A stretch of DNA of 64,000 nt from Deferribacterales bacterium (GTDB lineage Bacteria > Chrysiogenota > Deferribacteres > Deferribacterales > Geovibrionaceae): the NCBI GenBank assembly GCA_050253075.1, contig JBFWJS010000003.1, positions 117,458-181,457 of the forward strand, given 5' to 3'. The notes under the pieces are model-generated. The model was given only the letters and a program-made list of their open reading frames with translations. It ran no database searches and was not told the origin of the DNA. The position numbers were made by a program, and so were the translations under genes. Below, piece by piece: positions 1-9,790 of the stretch; positions within the stretch are counted from its first letter, which is position 1, and every line of letters begins with the position of its first letter.

Positions 1-846
1 GCCGCTATGGCCGGTGCACAGGATCTTAGAGCATCGCTTTTATACAAAATAAAGCTCGGCGAACATGCCGCTCCGGCGGATGTTGTCCTTTATGACGACG
101 GAAGGACGGGCATCTATGATGCATACTCCGGCCGATATACCGTTTATAAAGGGGATGTAAGTGAAGGCGGATTTCAGAGTGAAATGCTGAAGGGCGGAAA
201 CTGCTTTGTCGCAAACGGAAACTATTTCCTTTACTGCGACAGCGTGAACAGCTCTGTAGACATGATCTCTGCTTCCGGTGAGCTTTATAAATCGTTTAGT
301 ATTCCGTCAGATATAAAAGGCAAGTACGACCCTACTGATGCCCTTGTGTCTGACGGTTTTCTTTTTACAGCCGACAACGACAACCACAGGGTTGTAAAGG
401 CTGACCTTGCCACGGGCGAAGTCGCAATGGTACAGGGCGGATACGGCGACAGCAAACTTAAGTTCTGGTATCCGTATGCTCTGTCTATGGACTCTAAGGG
501 AGTTCTCTATGTGTCTGAGGTGCTCAACACCAGAGTGCAGAAGATCACAAAAGAGCTTAAATTCTATGAATTCTACGGAAGCTGGGGTATCAAACCCGGC
601 GAATTTTTCAGACCGACAGGTGTGGCCGTCTATAAAGGGGATAATGTCCTTGTAGGCGACGGATACACAGGCGTCATTCAGTATCTCGACAACGAGGGCA
701 GGTTTACCGGTCTTTTAAAAGACAAGAGCGGAAACAGGCTCAGCCTCGGTTCTGTCACTCATATCAGAGTAAACGGAGACAGGCTCGGCGTCGTGGATGC
801 GTTTGGCAAAACGGTCTATATATTTGAACTGGAGGAGCTGAAGTGA
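1..846 (+). CDS. NHL-repeat beta-propeller protein (5' end probably outside the window)
   Basis: Repeated NHL-like blades (PTDALVSDGFLFTADNDNHRV, YPYALSMDSKGVLYVSEVLNTRVQ, RPTGVAV). The frame is open from base 1. The stop overlaps the next GTG start. Confidence 0.8.
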   Translation, partial: AAMAGAQDLRASLLYKIKLGEHAAPADVVLYDDGRTGIYDAYSGRYTVYKGDVSEGGFQSEMLKGGNCFVANGNYFLYCDSVNSSVDMISASGELYKSFSIPSDIKGKYDPTDALVSDGFLFTADNDNHRVVKADLATGEVAMVQGGYGDSKLKFWYPYALSMDSKGVLYVSEVLNTRVQKITKELKFYEFYGSWGIKPGEFFRPTGVAVYKGDNVLVGDGYTGVIQYLDNEGRFTGLLKDKSGNRLSLGSVTHIRVNGDRLGVVDAFGKTVYIFELEELK

Positions 847-3800
847 AAAAACTGCTAATACTGCTGCCGATGCTCCTTGCCGCTTTTGCGGCTTATTCAG
901 CTGATGTCACAAAGCTGAATCCCGATTCTTCGAAACAGTGTGCGGTCTGCCACTATGAGTGGATGCCTGAGTTCCTCTTTGACCTGAAAGGTACAGAGCT
1001 TGTGGACTATCAGAGCGAAAAGACCGTCGCTACTGAAAAGATGTGCTTCAGCTGTCACAACGGAACCGTAGGCGACAGCCGTATCAGGATATGGTCCGGA
1101 GATATGCATAAGCTCTCCGACAAGATCCCTGAGCACATGAACATCCCTAAAGAACTTCCTCTCAACGGCAACTCTATCGGATGCCGAACATGTCACTCTG
1201 CCCACTCCACAGGAAACCCTGAGAAAGAGGGCGTTGAAAAAAGCGTGTTCCTCCGCATGGAAAACGAAGACTCTCAGCTCTGTCAGGCATGCCACACAGA
1301 CATGTCAAAGGATAAGGTGCACAGCCATCCTCTGAAAGAGATGAAGAAAGCCGGCGAGATAGAACCTAAACTGAAAAAGATGTTCGGTAAGCTGGGAAGC
1401 AAAGATCAGGTAGTCTGCGAAAGCTGCCATACGCCTCACTCACCGAAAGAAAATAAACTTCTCATAAGCGAGCTGACAGACTCGAAGCTCTGCTCTGTAT
1501 GCCACGAAGATAAGGTAAACCCCGATAACCTCACATATGTTAAAGGCGTGCTGAACCACCCTATCAATGTGATACAGGAAAAACCTGTGGCAGATATTGA
1601 GAAACACGGCGGTAAATACGGCAAAGGGGGCGAAGTTATCTGCCTCACATGCCATGCTCCGCACAACGGTAAAAACAAAGGTCTGCTCATTGAAAACAAT
1701 CAGGACAGCAAGCTCTGCCTGACATGCCATAATGAAAAAAAATCTGTCGTCTCCACAAAGCACGACATGAAGACCGTAAAAGGATACAGAACAAAAGACG
1801 GAAGAACAGCACAGGAAACAGGCACATGCGAAAGCTGCCACGCCCCACACGGATGGGCAGTGAAGCTGCCTAAAGGCGAGGGCGACCTCATCTCTAAAAG
1901 CTGTCTTTCATGTCACGACGACGGCGGTGTGGCTGAGAAGAAGGTTATTTCTTCGAAACTCTTTAACCACCCTGTCGGCAAGTCTATCAAAGACGGTGTC
2001 AAAGCGCCGGAGAACCTTCCGCTTTACGGACGCCTGCTGAACTTCCTTACAGAGTTCAGAACAGACGGTGAAGTGAAGAAGACAGTAACATGCGCAACAT
2101 GCCACGATGTCCACTCCAAAGGACAGAACTTCCTCCGTGCCGAAGCGGAAACAGGCGCACTCTGCATCTCATGTCATAATGAAAAAGAGATGATACAGAA
2201 GACGCTTCACGGCGGACAGAAGCTTGAAAAGAACTGTCTCTCATGCCACAAAGTGCACAACAGCGACAACGAGCGTCTCCTCACTAAGGGCGAGAACGAC
2301 GGATGTCTCACTTGTCACAAAGAGGGCGAGATAGGACAGAAAATGCTCACAGGCGAGCACTCCCACCCGGTTAATATGGCAGTAGACCGTAAGCTGGACG
2401 AGCACTTCAAACTGAGCAAAGATAATAAGATGACATGCGTAAGCTGTCACGACCCTCACTCGAGCACAAAGACTGCCAAGCTGGACAGAGACTTTATCAG
2501 AGGCGGATTCGCAGATAAAGATCAGTTCTGTACTGCATGTCACGAAGGTCAGAAAGAGATCATCGGAAGCGACCACGACGTACGAAAGAAAGACAGCGAA
2601 GAGGTTTGCTCTCAGTGTCACGCCGTGCATAAGGCCAAAACCGATAAGAATATAATGGCTCTGGAATACGCCTACAGCACCGAAGATGACAGCTGTAAGG
2701 TCTGCCACTCTGAAAAGGGTTCCGCAGATAAAAAGATAGTCATGGACGGACACAAACTCGGCAAGACAGAGATGCATGAGAAATACGGCAAGTTCCTCAC
2801 TGAAAAGGACGGGGACTACTATATCTATTGTTCAAGCTGTCACACCGTGCACAACAACGGACCGAAAAAGGGCGAGGAAGGAACCATCCGGAACAGCTTC
2901 CTGAATAAGAAACTGTCCGAAAACGGCAGCTTCTGTGCAGGATGCCACGAAGATAAGAAAAGTTTTGCGGCTTCAAAGCACAACGTAAACAGCTTTGAAA
3001 ACCACTCAGATAAAACAGCGAAAGCTAAAGCCGAAGGGGACACATGCGGATCCTGCCACATTGTCCACAACAGCGGCGAATATCTCTTTGCTAAAGAGTA
3101 CGGCGGTAATTTCGAAAAGATGTGCGAGAGCTGTCACGCCAAGGGCGAAGCAGCATCCAAAACAGCTATCGAAACAAGCCATAAGATGAACATGAAGCCT
3201 GAGAAGGTTGACGGACTCTTCCTGCAGGGGGGCAATGTTGTATGTGCCACATGTCACGAGCCTCATGCCGAAAACAAAGGCATGCTACGTGATCTGGGCG
3301 ATAAAAACATATGCGCCACATGTCACAAAGACAAAGATATGGTAGAGCTCTCCGAGCACAACATTGCGAAACTTGACTACATCGAAGGTGAAATAAAAGC
3401 CACAGCAGGCGTGAATCCATGCTATACATGTCATAAGCCTCACAACTTCCACAAAGGAAACAAATACATGTGGGCGTTTGAGATGAAAGATAAGCGCGGA
3501 TTCGCATACGACGTATGCTCTTCTTGCCATGCCGATAAAGGTATAGGGTATAAGAAGGTGCCTGATGCTCAGGTTCATGCCCGTATATTTAAGATTTTCC
3601 CTTACAAAGAGCGCTTTAAAGAGTATCTCTTTGACGAAAAGGGCGAAGTATCCACAGACGGAGCTATCACATGCCAGACATGTCATGATCCGCACGTGTG
3701 GGTGAAAGGCATGACAAAGCCTGAGATAAATGTCGAAGGCGATACTAAGAACAGCTTCCTGAAACTCTCCGTAAAAGACGACTTCTGTAAAGTCTGTCAC

Positions 3801-3950
3801 GGCGAGAAACAGTCCGAAGACCTGTTTAATAAGTATCACGATCAGAAATTCCGCGACGAACTCAATAAAAAGGACAACGAAGCGGAAGTTATGAAAAACA
3901 TACTTATGATCCAGATGAATCTTGAAAAGTATAAGGAGGAGAAAAAGTGA
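843..3950 (+). CDS. Periplasmic 28-heme cytochrome c (paired CxxCH repeats)
   Basis: Sec-type signal peptide; 28 CxxCH motifs counted, mostly in CxxCHxxH...CxxCH pairs. Confidence 0.95.
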   Translation: MKKLLILLPMLLAAFAAYSADVTKLNPDSSKQCAVCHYEWMPEFLFDLKGTELVDYQSEKTVATEKMCFSCHNGTVGDSRIRIWSGDMHKLSDKIPEHMNIPKELPLNGNSIGCRTCHSAHSTGNPEKEGVEKSVFLRMENEDSQLCQACHTDMSKDKVHSHPLKEMKKAGEIEPKLKKMFGKLGSKDQVVCESCHTPHSPKENKLLISELTDSKLCSVCHEDKVNPDNLTYVKGVLNHPINVIQEKPVADIEKHGGKYGKGGEVICLTCHAPHNGKNKGLLIENNQDSKLCLTCHNEKKSVVSTKHDMKTVKGYRTKDGRTAQETGTCESCHAPHGWAVKLPKGEGDLISKSCLSCHDDGGVAEKKVISSKLFNHPVGKSIKDGVKAPENLPLYGRLLNFLTEFRTDGEVKKTVTCATCHDVHSKGQNFLRAEAETGALCISCHNEKEMIQKTLHGGQKLEKNCLSCHKVHNSDNERLLTKGENDGCLTCHKEGEIGQKMLTGEHSHPVNMAVDRKLDEHFKLSKDNKMTCVSCHDPHSSTKTAKLDRDFIRGGFADKDQFCTACHEGQKEIIGSDHDVRKKDSEEVCSQCHAVHKAKTDKNIMALEYAYSTEDDSCKVCHSEKGSADKKIVMDGHKLGKTEMHEKYGKFLTEKDGDYYIYCSSCHTVHNNGPKKGEEGTIRNSFLNKKLSENGSFCAGCHEDKKSFAASKHNVNSFENHSDKTAKAKAEGDTCGSCHIVHNSGEYLFAKEYGGNFEKMCESCHAKGEAASKTAIETSHKMNMKPEKVDGLFLQGGNVVCATCHEPHAENKGMLRDLGDKNICATCHKDKDMVELSEHNIAKLDYIEGEIKATAGVNPCYTCHKPHNFHKGNKYMWAFEMKDKRGFAYDVCSSCHADKGIGYKKVPDAQVHARIFKIFPYKERFKEYLFDEKGEVSTDGAITCQTCHDPHVWVKGMTKPEINVEGDTKNSFLKLSVKDDFCKVCHGEKQSEDLFNKYHDQKFRDELNKKDNEAEVMKNILMIQMNLEKYKEEKK

Positions 3951-4810
3951 GAAAGCTCCTTATAACATGCTTTGCGGCAATGCTTTTCGCTCCGCAGGTA
4001 CAGGCAGAGATGAAGCCTGTATTCGGCAGCGGGCTGAAGATGGACAAGGACTATGGCGTGCTTTATTTCAACAGTGAAAAGAGGCGTGATGTCAGCATAA
4101 TGTCGTCATTCATCAGTGACTGCACAGACCTGAAAGTTGCGTGTATATGCGCAGATGTCTCAGGCAGAAGCACAGACCAGCTGAAAGAAGCATTTCATAA
4201 TGCAGAAGGCAACGACTGCCTTTACAGTACAGATAAATCCGATGAATCGCCCCGTGCAGAGTTTTTTGCAGGCGGCGAATCGGTCGGTAACATAAACGAA
4301 CACGAGAACTTTACTCTGCTGCTCCCCGCATACCTCAAATATGTGGCGAAAGAGATAGATGATAAAGGTCTCGAAGAACAGCTCAAAGCTGCCGCAGGCG
4401 CCGAGGCTTATAAGAAGATCGTCCCCAGGATGAACTTCGTGCTGATGCTTGCGAAAAAGGGTGAGCGTGATGCCGCCCTGCACGAGCTGGACGGTATAGA
4501 TACCGCTATGTTGGATGATAAGGGTATGCTCCTTCTGGGGCAGACGTATCTTCGTCTGAAAGCACCGGAAAAAGCCCACGATATCCTGAAAGACTGCAAT
4601 GATAATGAATGCCGCTTTTATTCTGCTGTTGCACTTCACCTTTCAGGGAGAAACGAAGAGGCTGTTAACGCTTTCATATCTTTGAAAAAAGTATATAATG
4701 ACGACGATAAGATCAATTTTTATTTAAAAGCTGCCTATAAAGCTTTAGGGGACGATGTTGATGCGGATAAGATTAAACTGCCTGACAACTATAATATTAA
4801 TTCTGATTAG
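3947..4810 (+). CDS. Exported protein with degenerate thioredoxin-like N-domain and C-terminal TPRs
   Basis: Signal peptide (PQVQA|EM); TPR-like helices LLGQTYLRLKAPEKA, FYSAVALHLSGRNEEA, FYLKAAYKALGD. Confidence 0.7.
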   Translation: MRKLLITCFAAMLFAPQVQAEMKPVFGSGLKMDKDYGVLYFNSEKRRDVSIMSSFISDCTDLKVACICADVSGRSTDQLKEAFHNAEGNDCLYSTDKSDESPRAEFFAGGESVGNINEHENFTLLLPAYLKYVAKEIDDKGLEEQLKAAAGAEAYKKIVPRMNFVLMLAKKGERDAALHELDGIDTAMLDDKGMLLLGQTYLRLKAPEKAHDILKDCNDNECRFYSAVALHLSGRNEEAVNAFISLKKVYNDDDKINFYLKAAYKALGDDVDADKIKLPDNYNINSD

Positions 4811-5741
4811 CTTTTTTGCCGCAGGAACGGCGACAGCTAAGATGAATATACTTTTTCCTATATCGAATGACGTTAAAGCTGTCAGCAATATTCATATAGT
4901 GGGGATGACAGATACTGATGTCCCCGTGACAGTCACTATAAACGGTGTGAAGACTGAGAAGAAACTTATCTGCGACGGTACCACTGACGCCGGTAAGAAT
5001 ATCTATATGCTGATGACAATACTCAAGCTCGAAGCCGGTGAGAACAAGATACTCATCACACAGGGCGATCAGAGCGAAAGCTATACTATCACAAAGGTGG
5101 ATTCACCTGTCTCTATCACCGACTGGACAAAGAACCTCAGCGGGTTTCATGCCAGCGGTAAAAAAGAGATATGCATGAACTGCCACAAATTCCAAAACCT
5201 CAGTGACTGTGTAAACTGTCATAAGGATAAATTCATCGGTAAGTGGGTTCATAAACCAGTGAAAGAAGCAAGGTGCTTTGAGTGTCATGAAAAAGAGCGC
5301 AACTTCATCCCTGCGGAGCCTTTTGCCGAAACATGCCTTAAATGCCATGAAAAAATGAACAACTCCATAGCGGAAGCTCCATATACACACGGACCTGTTG
5401 CTGCGGGGTTCTGCACCATATGCCACTCTCCCCATAAGTCCACTGATAAGACACATCTGCGTAAATCGGCAAACAGCCTTTGTGCGGACTGTCACGTTGC
5501 GGACGATCAGGGATTCAGCTATCACTCACAGAGCTATATAAAATTCCACCCCGTGGATAAGGTTTTTGTGAAAAAGCTGGATAAGGAACTGGAGTGCAGC
5601 GACTGTCATAATCCTCACTACAGCAACAGCCCCATGATGCTGGCGGCGGAGGATGAGAGTGCTCTTTGTGTCAAATGCCACGACGCATCAGACACCGAAG
5701 CACTGCTTAAGAAGCTGGCAGACGAATATAACAAGGAATGA
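4755..5741 (+). CDS. Octaheme cytochrome c with N-terminal Ig-like domain
   Basis: Signal peptide; beta-rich domain (VTVTINGV...LKLEAGENKILIT); 8 CxxCH motifs. Confidence 0.9.
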   Translation: MLMRIRLNCLTTIILILISFFAAGTATAKMNILFPISNDVKAVSNIHIVGMTDTDVPVTVTINGVKTEKKLICDGTTDAGKNIYMLMTILKLEAGENKILITQGDQSESYTITKVDSPVSITDWTKNLSGFHASGKKEICMNCHKFQNLSDCVNCHKDKFIGKWVHKPVKEARCFECHEKERNFIPAEPFAETCLKCHEKMNNSIAEAPYTHGPVAAGFCTICHSPHKSTDKTHLRKSANSLCADCHVADDQGFSYHSQSYIKFHPVDKVFVKKLDKELECSDCHNPHYSNSPMMLAAEDESALCVKCHDASDTEALLKKLADEYNKE

Positions 5742-5758
5742 GACCAGAGGTTTATTAT

Positions 5759-7936
5759 ATGAAGTTTATAAGATTTCTGCTTTTGGCAGCATTTGTTCTG
5801 TCACTTACAGCTTGTGTCGGTGGCGGTTCTAAGAAAAGCTCCGTTAATGACGACACACGAGTCCTTTCCACTGTGAAAGTCGATGATGAAGGCAAGCTCA
5901 GCTATGTCGGCAGCGGAGACTTAGAAGGATTTGAGCTAAACATAGATGACCCTGCCCTTGCGGGGAGAACAATATATATAGAAAAAAGTGCAGCCGCCTA
6001 TGTAACAGGCGGTTATGTTGCGGTTTCAGATAAATATTCTGTACGCCTTACAGATGCTGAAACATCTGTGGATACATATTACGAAGGCGGAGTGACTGTT
6101 CCTTACAGCGCATCAATGCTGGCTGCCGAGGGCGGTACGGCTGCTGATGTGTCTGTCTGCTCGATGATCAATGGTGTTGTGGTAGCATCTGCCACTACAG
6201 CGGGCTCGGGAGCATATGTGACATCAGGGATAGACTTCCCTGTGAGCTTCTTCGCAGGATACAGAAAGGTCGTAGAGTTCAACACCTCGGGTGTTATACA
6301 GTCCAAAGGTCTAAGCTATGCATCTGCCGATGCTGCGGGTGACTATCTCCAGGACCCTGCGGGGACACTTCATCCTGATGTTTTAAGAGGTCTCTTCCAC
6401 ATTCAGCCGGGTGAGAAAATTCTCCTCGGTATAAACGAAGCAGCCTACGGCGACACTGTTGCGGATGTTCAGTGGAGCATAACATCAAAGCCGGCCGGTT
6501 CTACAGCTGCACTGACTGCTGACGGCGACGACACAATGCTGATACCTGATGTGGTCGGAACATACATCGTACAGGCAGAGATACTCGGCGGAAACGGACA
6601 GACAACGGAAGAATCAGCAAACATAGAGGCGCAGGCATACTCCTATAATGCGGCATTAGGTGACGCATACTGCTATTTTCAGTGCCATACGGGTACTTTC
6701 AGCCCTTCTACAAAAGATCAATACGGCAGAACACTCTTCAGAGATATAGTTTCAATGTGGCAGGGCACAGCCCACTCCACAACATTTAACAGAGTCTCAG
6801 GCTCTGTTGATTCCGCATGCTTTAAATGCCACACCACAGGCTTCCTCTATGCCGACAGAGACAACAACGGCACGGATGAATACAGTATAGCAGACGGCTA
6901 CGACGATACTATCGGAGCGGCAAACTGGGCAACACCCGCTGTGGGCGATGCACATCTCAGAAACGTAACATGCGAAGCATGCCACGGCCCCACCTCTACA
7001 GGTGCTGATATGATAGCGAAACACTACAGCAACACATCGCTCTCCTCCGACACATGCCTTGCGTGTCATGATCACGGCAATATAGGTGGCGGACACTTCT
7101 TCGAATATTCCGATGCCCATGATAAAGCATTCACACTTGCCGACGGCACTGTCGCATCAACTTCAGCGTGTGCAAAATGCCACACGGGCGAAGGTATGAT
7201 GGGACGCATCTTCGGCGTGAACATAAATACTGCAAACAGAACAGACGTAACAGGCGTTACATGTAATGTATGCCACGACCCGCACGGTGAAGGGGGCAAT
7301 AATGCTCAGCTTCGTCTCAGCGGAACATACGAGATAGACCTCGCAGGCGGAACACTCACTGCTAATGCAGGAGATGCTCTCATCTGTTATAACTGCCACA
7401 ATGCCGATATGCAGCTCCCTGCTGTGGGCGTTATGCCTCACAACTCTCAGGCAGAGATGTTTCAGGGTGTGGGCGGATACGACTATGGCGAAGATCTGAA
7501 CCGTTATCTCACAGGCCACTCTATCACAGGAGTTACATGCAACGACTGCCATATGAACAGAAACGAAGGCGTTACACACCAGATGCTGATGACAGAAAAT
7601 ACTGCGGACAGACTTATTTTCTGCAGTACACCTGGCTGCCATGTCAGCGGTTTACCTGAATTTACCGACGGTCACTTTGACAGAGGCGGTAAGCTCGCAG
7701 GTATAAGAGTAAAGATAGACCAGCTCGCAGATACTATAAACAGCAAAGCAGGCTTTGCCGCGGGTACAGCAATATCTGCATCATACGCCGCTGCCGACAG
7801 CGATCTTAAGACCGCTTTGGACAGAGCCGCTTATAACTATAATTTTATTAAGAACGACAGAAGCTTCGGTTTTCATAATCCGAGTTATGCAGAGAAACTT
7901 ATTGACCTTTCTCTTGCTGATCTGGCTAACTACTAA
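5759..7936 (+). CDS. Multiheme cytochrome c lipoprotein (7 CxxCH + CX3CH + CX4CH) with PKD/Ig-like N-terminal region
   Basis: Lipobox LTAC; AGAGG RBS before ATG 5759; WSITSKPAGS..PDVVGTY PKD-like strand pattern; C-terminal helical NYNF..D.S.GFHNP.Y motif seen in outer-surface multiheme cytochromes. Confidence 0.9.
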   Translation: MKFIRFLLLAAFVLSLTACVGGGSKKSSVNDDTRVLSTVKVDDEGKLSYVGSGDLEGFELNIDDPALAGRTIYIEKSAAAYVTGGYVAVSDKYSVRLTDAETSVDTYYEGGVTVPYSASMLAAEGGTAADVSVCSMINGVVVASATTAGSGAYVTSGIDFPVSFFAGYRKVVEFNTSGVIQSKGLSYASADAAGDYLQDPAGTLHPDVLRGLFHIQPGEKILLGINEAAYGDTVADVQWSITSKPAGSTAALTADGDDTMLIPDVVGTYIVQAEILGGNGQTTEESANIEAQAYSYNAALGDAYCYFQCHTGTFSPSTKDQYGRTLFRDIVSMWQGTAHSTTFNRVSGSVDSACFKCHTTGFLYADRDNNGTDEYSIADGYDDTIGAANWATPAVGDAHLRNVTCEACHGPTSTGADMIAKHYSNTSLSSDTCLACHDHGNIGGGHFFEYSDAHDKAFTLADGTVASTSACAKCHTGEGMMGRIFGVNINTANRTDVTGVTCNVCHDPHGEGGNNAQLRLSGTYEIDLAGGTLTANAGDALICYNCHNADMQLPAVGVMPHNSQAEMFQGVGGYDYGEDLNRYLTGHSITGVTCNDCHMNRNEGVTHQMLMTENTADRLIFCSTPGCHVSGLPEFTDGHFDRGGKLAGIRVKIDQLADTINSKAGFAAGTAISASYAAADSDLKTALDRAAYNYNFIKNDRSFGFHNPSYAEKLIDLSLADLANY

Positions 7937-7941
7937 GGGAG

Positions 7942-9192
7942 ATGCTGCCTGTGAAAACACTCAGACTGACACTAACAATTATTATCCTATACATGGCGTG
8001 TGCGACAGCCTATGCATTTAATGTGGACGGCATGTTCAGCACGGCATACGAGGTATACAAAGACGAGGGGGAGGACTCCGAAAGCCTTTGGGAAAACTAT
8101 CTCAGTATAGACAACATGAAGCTTATCGACCCTTATGTAGGCTTTAACTTTTACGGAAGATACGCAACAGACACTGAAACAAATGAAAATCATTCAGACA
8201 TCTATACAGCGTATCTGGACTACAGCAGCTTTCAGGACAAAGTTCAGGTGAAGTTAGGACGTTTCAGCTATGTCGGAAACAGGTTCCTCACTCTGGACGG
8301 TGCTGAAGCGACACTGCGCACAGAGAAATATGTCGGTGCAACTGTATTCGCAGGTAAGCCTGCATACTTTGACGCAGACGGCAAACACATAAACGAATCA
8401 TACCGCCATACGGGAGACAGGCTTTACGGAGCAAAGCTCTTCCTTAACGGTGTTGCAGATACTACAGGTTTTATATCTTTCTCCAGAGAGACAGACGACG
8501 GCGATACTCTTCAGGAGATGCTCGGACTAGGTCTAGGACGCAAGTTCATCGTCGGTAAGGCGAAGCTCGGCGTAGACGGCAAGCTCGAGTATGATACTGA
8601 GGAATCAGCGATATACAAAAGCATGATCAGAGGATTCATGAGCTATGAAAAGCTCCTCCTCAGCGCAGATGTGACCAGCTACGACGTTAAAGACGGTTCC
8701 TCATATGAGAACGAACTGGTCATCAGCAACTTCTCCACAGGTAAGGAAGACAGATATGCTTTTAACATTCAGTACGCTGTCACAGAGCATATCAAACCAT
8801 ACCAGAGCACAGTTTTCTCCCGAATCGAGCTCCCCAGCGGAGAGGTTGAAACAGGTGAGATGTATAAGCTCGGCGTTGATTTCGACTGGTTTAAGTCTAT
8901 GGGGCTTTCATCAAACATCGAGGGATACTACTACAACAGTGAGATATCCAACGCAAAGGGCGGAAGCGTTGCACTGGACTGGAACGCTACAAAGACTCTT
9001 AAGCTGAGCTTCGAAGGCGAGGCTCTCAGGCTGGAGAACACCTCTGTTGAAAAAGATGTCTATTCGCTTTATTTCGAAGCTGCATACGATGTCTTAAAAG
9101 ACCTGACCGTCAGCGCATATGCTGAGAACAACAAGGAGACTAGATATCTCCCTGAAAACAGATACGGCATCAAAGCTGCCTACAGCTTTTAG
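7942..9192 (+). CDS. Outer-membrane beta-barrel (putative porin of a porin-cytochrome complex)
   Basis: Signal peptide; alternating amphipathic strands; C-terminal BAM-type signal YGIKAAYSF; flanked by cytochrome genes. The start may be GTG 7951. Confidence 0.85.
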   Translation: MLPVKTLRLTLTIIILYMACATAYAFNVDGMFSTAYEVYKDEGEDSESLWENYLSIDNMKLIDPYVGFNFYGRYATDTETNENHSDIYTAYLDYSSFQDKVQVKLGRFSYVGNRFLTLDGAEATLRTEKYVGATVFAGKPAYFDADGKHINESYRHTGDRLYGAKLFLNGVADTTGFISFSRETDDGDTLQEMLGLGLGRKFIVGKAKLGVDGKLEYDTEESAIYKSMIRGFMSYEKLLLSADVTSYDVKDGSSYENELVISNFSTGKEDRYAFNIQYAVTEHIKPYQSTVFSRIELPSGEVETGEMYKLGVDFDWFKSMGLSSNIEGYYYNSEISNAKGGSVALDWNATKTLKLSFEGEALRLENTSVEKDVYSLYFEAAYDVLKDLTVSAYAENNKETRYLPENRYGIKAAYSF

Positions 9193-9214
9193 ATAATATT
9201 ATTAAGAGGATATA

Positions 9215-9787
9215 ATGAAAAGGTTTTCATGGTTTTTATTGATAATAATAACTGTTGCGGCGGCAGCCGGATGTGCACAGTTTTACTACCAGTCACCACT
9301 GGCAAAGTTTAATCACGAAAAGCACGTAGACATCCTTTTTCAGCAGAAAAAAGACTGTTTCTACTGCCATCAGCTCCCTGATATCAAGACATTTGTCGAG
9401 CAGGGGGGCGAGCTGAAGATCACCAGCGAGCTGAAAATAGACGGCAAGTGCCACACATGCCACAAAGATCAGGAGACAAAGATAGCGTCTGCTCCGCAGA
9501 ACTGCAGCTCCTGCCACGAAAATATGAAAGTAATGAAGCCTGAAGACCATGTGAACAACTGGACAAACATGCACGCCGTACCGGCTACGCTTGATAAAGC
9601 CAGCTGTAACAGCTGTCATCAGGACTGGTTCTGTGAGAGCTGCCACAGCAAGCAGAACTCAATGGAAAATTTAAGACACTCAAGATCGTTCAAGCTGAAG
9701 CACTCGCTTGAGGCCATGGTTGACCCGGGCTCCTGTGACTCGTGCCACAGGGTGGACTTCTGTATCTCATGTCATAGAAAGGATTAA
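9215..9787 (+). CDS. Heptaheme cytochrome c lipoprotein (c7-like N-domain)
   Basis: Lipobox AAGC; FNHEKH c3/c7 signature; 7 CxxCH motifs. Confidence 0.9.
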   Translation: MKRFSWFLLIIITVAAAAGCAQFYYQSPLAKFNHEKHVDILFQQKKDCFYCHQLPDIKTFVEQGGELKITSELKIDGKCHTCHKDQETKIASAPQNCSSCHENMKVMKPEDHVNNWTNMHAVPATLDKASCNSCHQDWFCESCHSKQNSMENLRHSRSFKLKHSLEAMVDPGSCDSCHRVDFCISCHRKD

Positions 9788-9790
9788 ACA

